Positions 61,139 to 64,000 of a stretch of 64,000 nucleotides of DNA are shown here, in pieces. Source of the stretch: Macrostomum lignano (lineage: Eukaryota). Numbering within the stretch: position 1 is the stretch's first letter; each line of letters starts with the position of its first letter. The translations under genes were made by a program, and so were the position numbers. The notes beneath the pieces were generated by a model. It ran no database searches. It was not told the origin of the DNA and saw nothing but the letters and a program-made list of their open reading frames with translations. The stretch covers positions 62,001-126,000 of the forward strand of contig NIVC01002128.1 in the NCBI GenBank assembly GCA_002269645.1, read 5' to 3'.

Positions 61139-62399
61139 GTAAGTAGAATTGGTTACTCAGCGACTTGAGCGCTGAGTTCTGTAACTAAAGCGCTGCTTGC
61201 AAATTGCAGGTGTGATGTCACCAACCCTGCTAACTGGAATCTCTTTTTCCGGCATGTGGCTTTTGAGATAAATCGCAAATCGCAATACGAGCTCATGTTG
61301 CTTGCCGGATAAACTTCTACTTAACGAATCGAAGACAAAAAGCAGATACTGTACATCATTTCGCACGCTGATACATGTATTTTCTCGTCTCATCTCCTAC
61401 AGAGAAGTATATTGATGTCATAAAGTTTATTTGATTTGACATATTCTACTTTCATATTTTCATACATGAATGTGCTGTGCTCTTTTTCAATGTTTTTCTC
61501 GCTTAGGTATTTACTGTGGGCTGAATCAAACAGTACAAATTCACACAACAATAAAGCTATTTTTGTCCAGCTCAGCTAAATAACGCATGGTAGAAAAAAG
61601 CATCAAGTAACTCAAAGCTATTTGAGAGCGTCCCACTGTCCCATTGCTCTCGGTGAGTTTCCTTTACTGAAACTTGGCTTGTAAATTATCACCACAATAA
61701 ACGCGTCAAATACTTTCCCAGAGAGGCAACTTTCTGTGAGAGCGTTCGGTTTTATAACGCTTTTCGCTTTGCAAACTTGTTCAGATGAAGTCTGCAGTCT
61801 GCGGTAAACTTCTATTGAGACAAATTAACGGCTGTTTTATTCATTTTTATGTCAGAAAACTGGAACAAAACAACTTCTAATAAAATTAAAGATAAAGTTT
61901 GCTGCAACGGAAATCTTCAGTATTCCAGAAAGAAAGAGATTTGAATGAGAAATATTAGCCGACAGGCAACTCCAATCCAGAAGACATAGTGGACAAGTTA
62001 GCTAACAAAAATGCAAATGCGTTGCCTTCAATCAAATTGCTTGTACAATTATAGGAACCCAAATATAGAAACAGCCTAATTTTTTGCTAAGCCAGCTGAC
62101 AGCAGATTTTATGCAGATATAGCAGCAATGGGCTACACGATTTAATGGCGAGAAATGCTTCCGTAGAACAAAATTTACAATTTTACAATTTTACGTAGAA
62201 CAATTTTTCAAGGACAACACCCAGGGTACACAGAATGTGCATGTCTGACCTATTAGAAAATCAGGGTCGCTGTACACCCTGTGTAAGCCTGTGTATGAGT
62301 GCATGACTGCGTTCAGTATTGGTGCTCTTATATGTTCTCAGAAGTCAGCGAAATGGCCTCAGCGCTAGTTATAAGACGATGTCACCGAAGTATTTGCGC

Positions 62400-63124
62400 C
62401 AGGGTGCCCGTAAATCCTCCTGCGAATATGATTATTAGTACATTATTACGAGCCAATGCCTTGTCCCACCCACCTCACCTTGTGACTCATTGTGGTAATC
62501 AATCATTTTTCTTTAGAGCGCCAAAATATAGCACATTTGGCGCCCAAAGGAGTGCCTGTGGCGCCCAAATGAGTGCCTGTGGCGCCCAAATGAGTGCCTG
62601 TGGCGCCAAAAGGCGTGACTGCGGCTCTAAAAGGAATGCTTGCGGTGCCAAAATGAGTGCCTGCAGCGCCAAAATGAGTGCCTGCGGCGCCAAAAGGAGT
62701 GCCTGCGGCGCTAAAAGGAATGCCTGCGGCGCCAACAAGAGTGCCTGCGCCGCCCTAAAGGAGTGTTTGCGGCGCCCAAATGAGTGCCTGTGGCGCCCAA
62801 ATGAGTGCCTGTGGCGCCAAAAGGCGTGACTGCGGCTCTAAAAGGAATGCTTGCGGTGCCAAAATGAGTGCCTGCAGCGCCAAAATGAGTGCCTGCGCGC
62901 CAAAAGGAGTGCCTGCGGCGCTAAAAGGAATGCCTGCGGCGCCAACAAGAGTGCCTGCGCCGCCCTAAAGGAGTGTTTGCGGCGCCAAAATGAGTGCCTG
63001 TGGCACCAAAATGAGCGCTGACAATACGATTCTCAAAACAGTGGAAATGTAGGAATTTAGTCATGTACATGTTGAATTCTTGGCTTTGTCGGCCCCAACC
63101 ATAAAATCAATGGGGACGCCAGTG
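62400..63124 (-). mobile_element. Second, older member of the minisatellite-bearing hAT MITE family, in reverse orientation
   Basis: Array of GGCGCCCAAATGAGTGCCTGT-type units at about 62530-63017 (reverse complement of the 38.8-kb unit). The end CCATAAAATCAATGGGGACGCCAGTG (to 63124) matches the reverse complement of 38662-38690. The left end is degenerate. Confidence 0.65.
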
Positions 63125-63131
63125 AGCCAAG

Positions 63132-63465
63132 AACAACAATAATAATATAATAATTGATTACACCTGCCTTAATGCAGGGCAGATGTGCAACCGACAGCTC
63201 AGCCAGAGCTATTGCACAGCGCATCTGAAAGCTGCATAAGGCTGTTCAGTCCAAGGACTGGGAGGTCGCCACACACACCCTCAATTACACCACAGCTAAT
63301 GCTGGCATCCATTTTACAGCTGTGGGTGAACTGAAGCAATGCAGAGTTAAGTGTCCTGCTCAAGGACACAAATCGTTCCAGTTAAGATCGGGAGTTGAAC
63401 CCCCGACCAGTGGTGAGAGCGGGAGTCCCAGCCAGACAAGTAGGTTTACAGCTACGGAAACCGGC
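63132..63465 (-). mobile_element. tRNA-derived SINE, near full length
   Basis: Minus strand: tRNA-like head with B-box GGTTCAACTCCC, core GTGTCCTTGAGCAGGACACTTAAC...CAGCTGTAAAATGG, and an (ATT)n tail. Homologous to 46655-46939. Confidence 0.72.
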
Positions 63466-64000
63466 AGTGCGGGTAAAAAGCTACATGTATTGTTGGATTA
63501 GTCAGTCTTCAAACTCATATGGCTCGCACGAACAATAAATTTTTGCCAAAAACATCGTTAAAAATAACCTCACTCTCAGAAACCATCCGGGTTTGACGGG
63601 GTAAAAAGTGAGTTTACTGCTTTGCTTTTTGCCTACCCATTTAGAAGAGAAAAGCTGCTCACGGGAGGAGGCTGAATGAATGACTGAGCATAGTGAGCAC
63701 GATTGTACGCCTAGGGAGAGAAAAGGGAACTTCGGTGTACAGGGATCGTTTGAGAGTACAATTGTACAGCCAGGTACGCTGTGGAGTAGACTGTTTATTC
63801 CTTGTCGGGCAGGATTTTCACGTGATTTTTAAAGTCGTCTAGCAACTGAGGGAAGATAATTAATTACCAGTGCGGGACCGCTCAACTGCAGCTGGATGCT
63901 CGCTTTTTTATTGTCGCAACTGTTTCCGTTGCTAAGGGAGACCTAAAAGTACCAGGCAGAGTGAGCGGAGTATAGCTTACATCGGATCTAGAACGCACCA

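Noticed and set aside
61400-62400. TM or tail exons for array gene 7
   Set aside because: No hydrophobic exon with compatible splice sites could be supported.
63390-63465. tRNA gene
   Set aside because: Only a degenerate tRNA-like head attached to a SINE body; no complete cloverleaf.

Overview
Animal (invertebrate-type) genomic DNA with short GT-AG introns; the species cannot be named from the sequence. There are two + strand gene clusters. (1) Two tandem paralogous multi-CUB type-I membrane receptor genes: a 5'-incomplete copy at 2.8-6.1 kb with a frameshift, and a complete 9-CUB copy at 22.9-33.8 kb with acidic Tyr motifs in its tail. (2) Seven genes at 40.5-61.1 kb that all carry an almost identical EGF-EGF exon (255 bp in five of seven), attached to unrelated-looking signal-peptide, stalk/mucin, transmembrane and cytoplasmic exons; sequence variants in the shared exon form a mosaic across copies. 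Between the CUB genes lies a stack of mobile DNA: a decayed APE-RT non-LTR element, an LTR/PBS/gag fragment, a tyrosine-recombinase remnant split by a hAT-like MITE, and an 8,828-bp near-perfect palindrome (about 4.4-kb arms, 75-bp spacer). The palindrome is flanked by a 6-bp target-site duplication (CACCGA), and an uninterrupted paralogous site lies 0.9 kb away. The rest contains TIR elements carrying 21-bp minisatellites, SINEs, microsatellites and a 1.4-kb polypurine tract. Exon boundaries and identity estimates were made by eye; no database search was possible.
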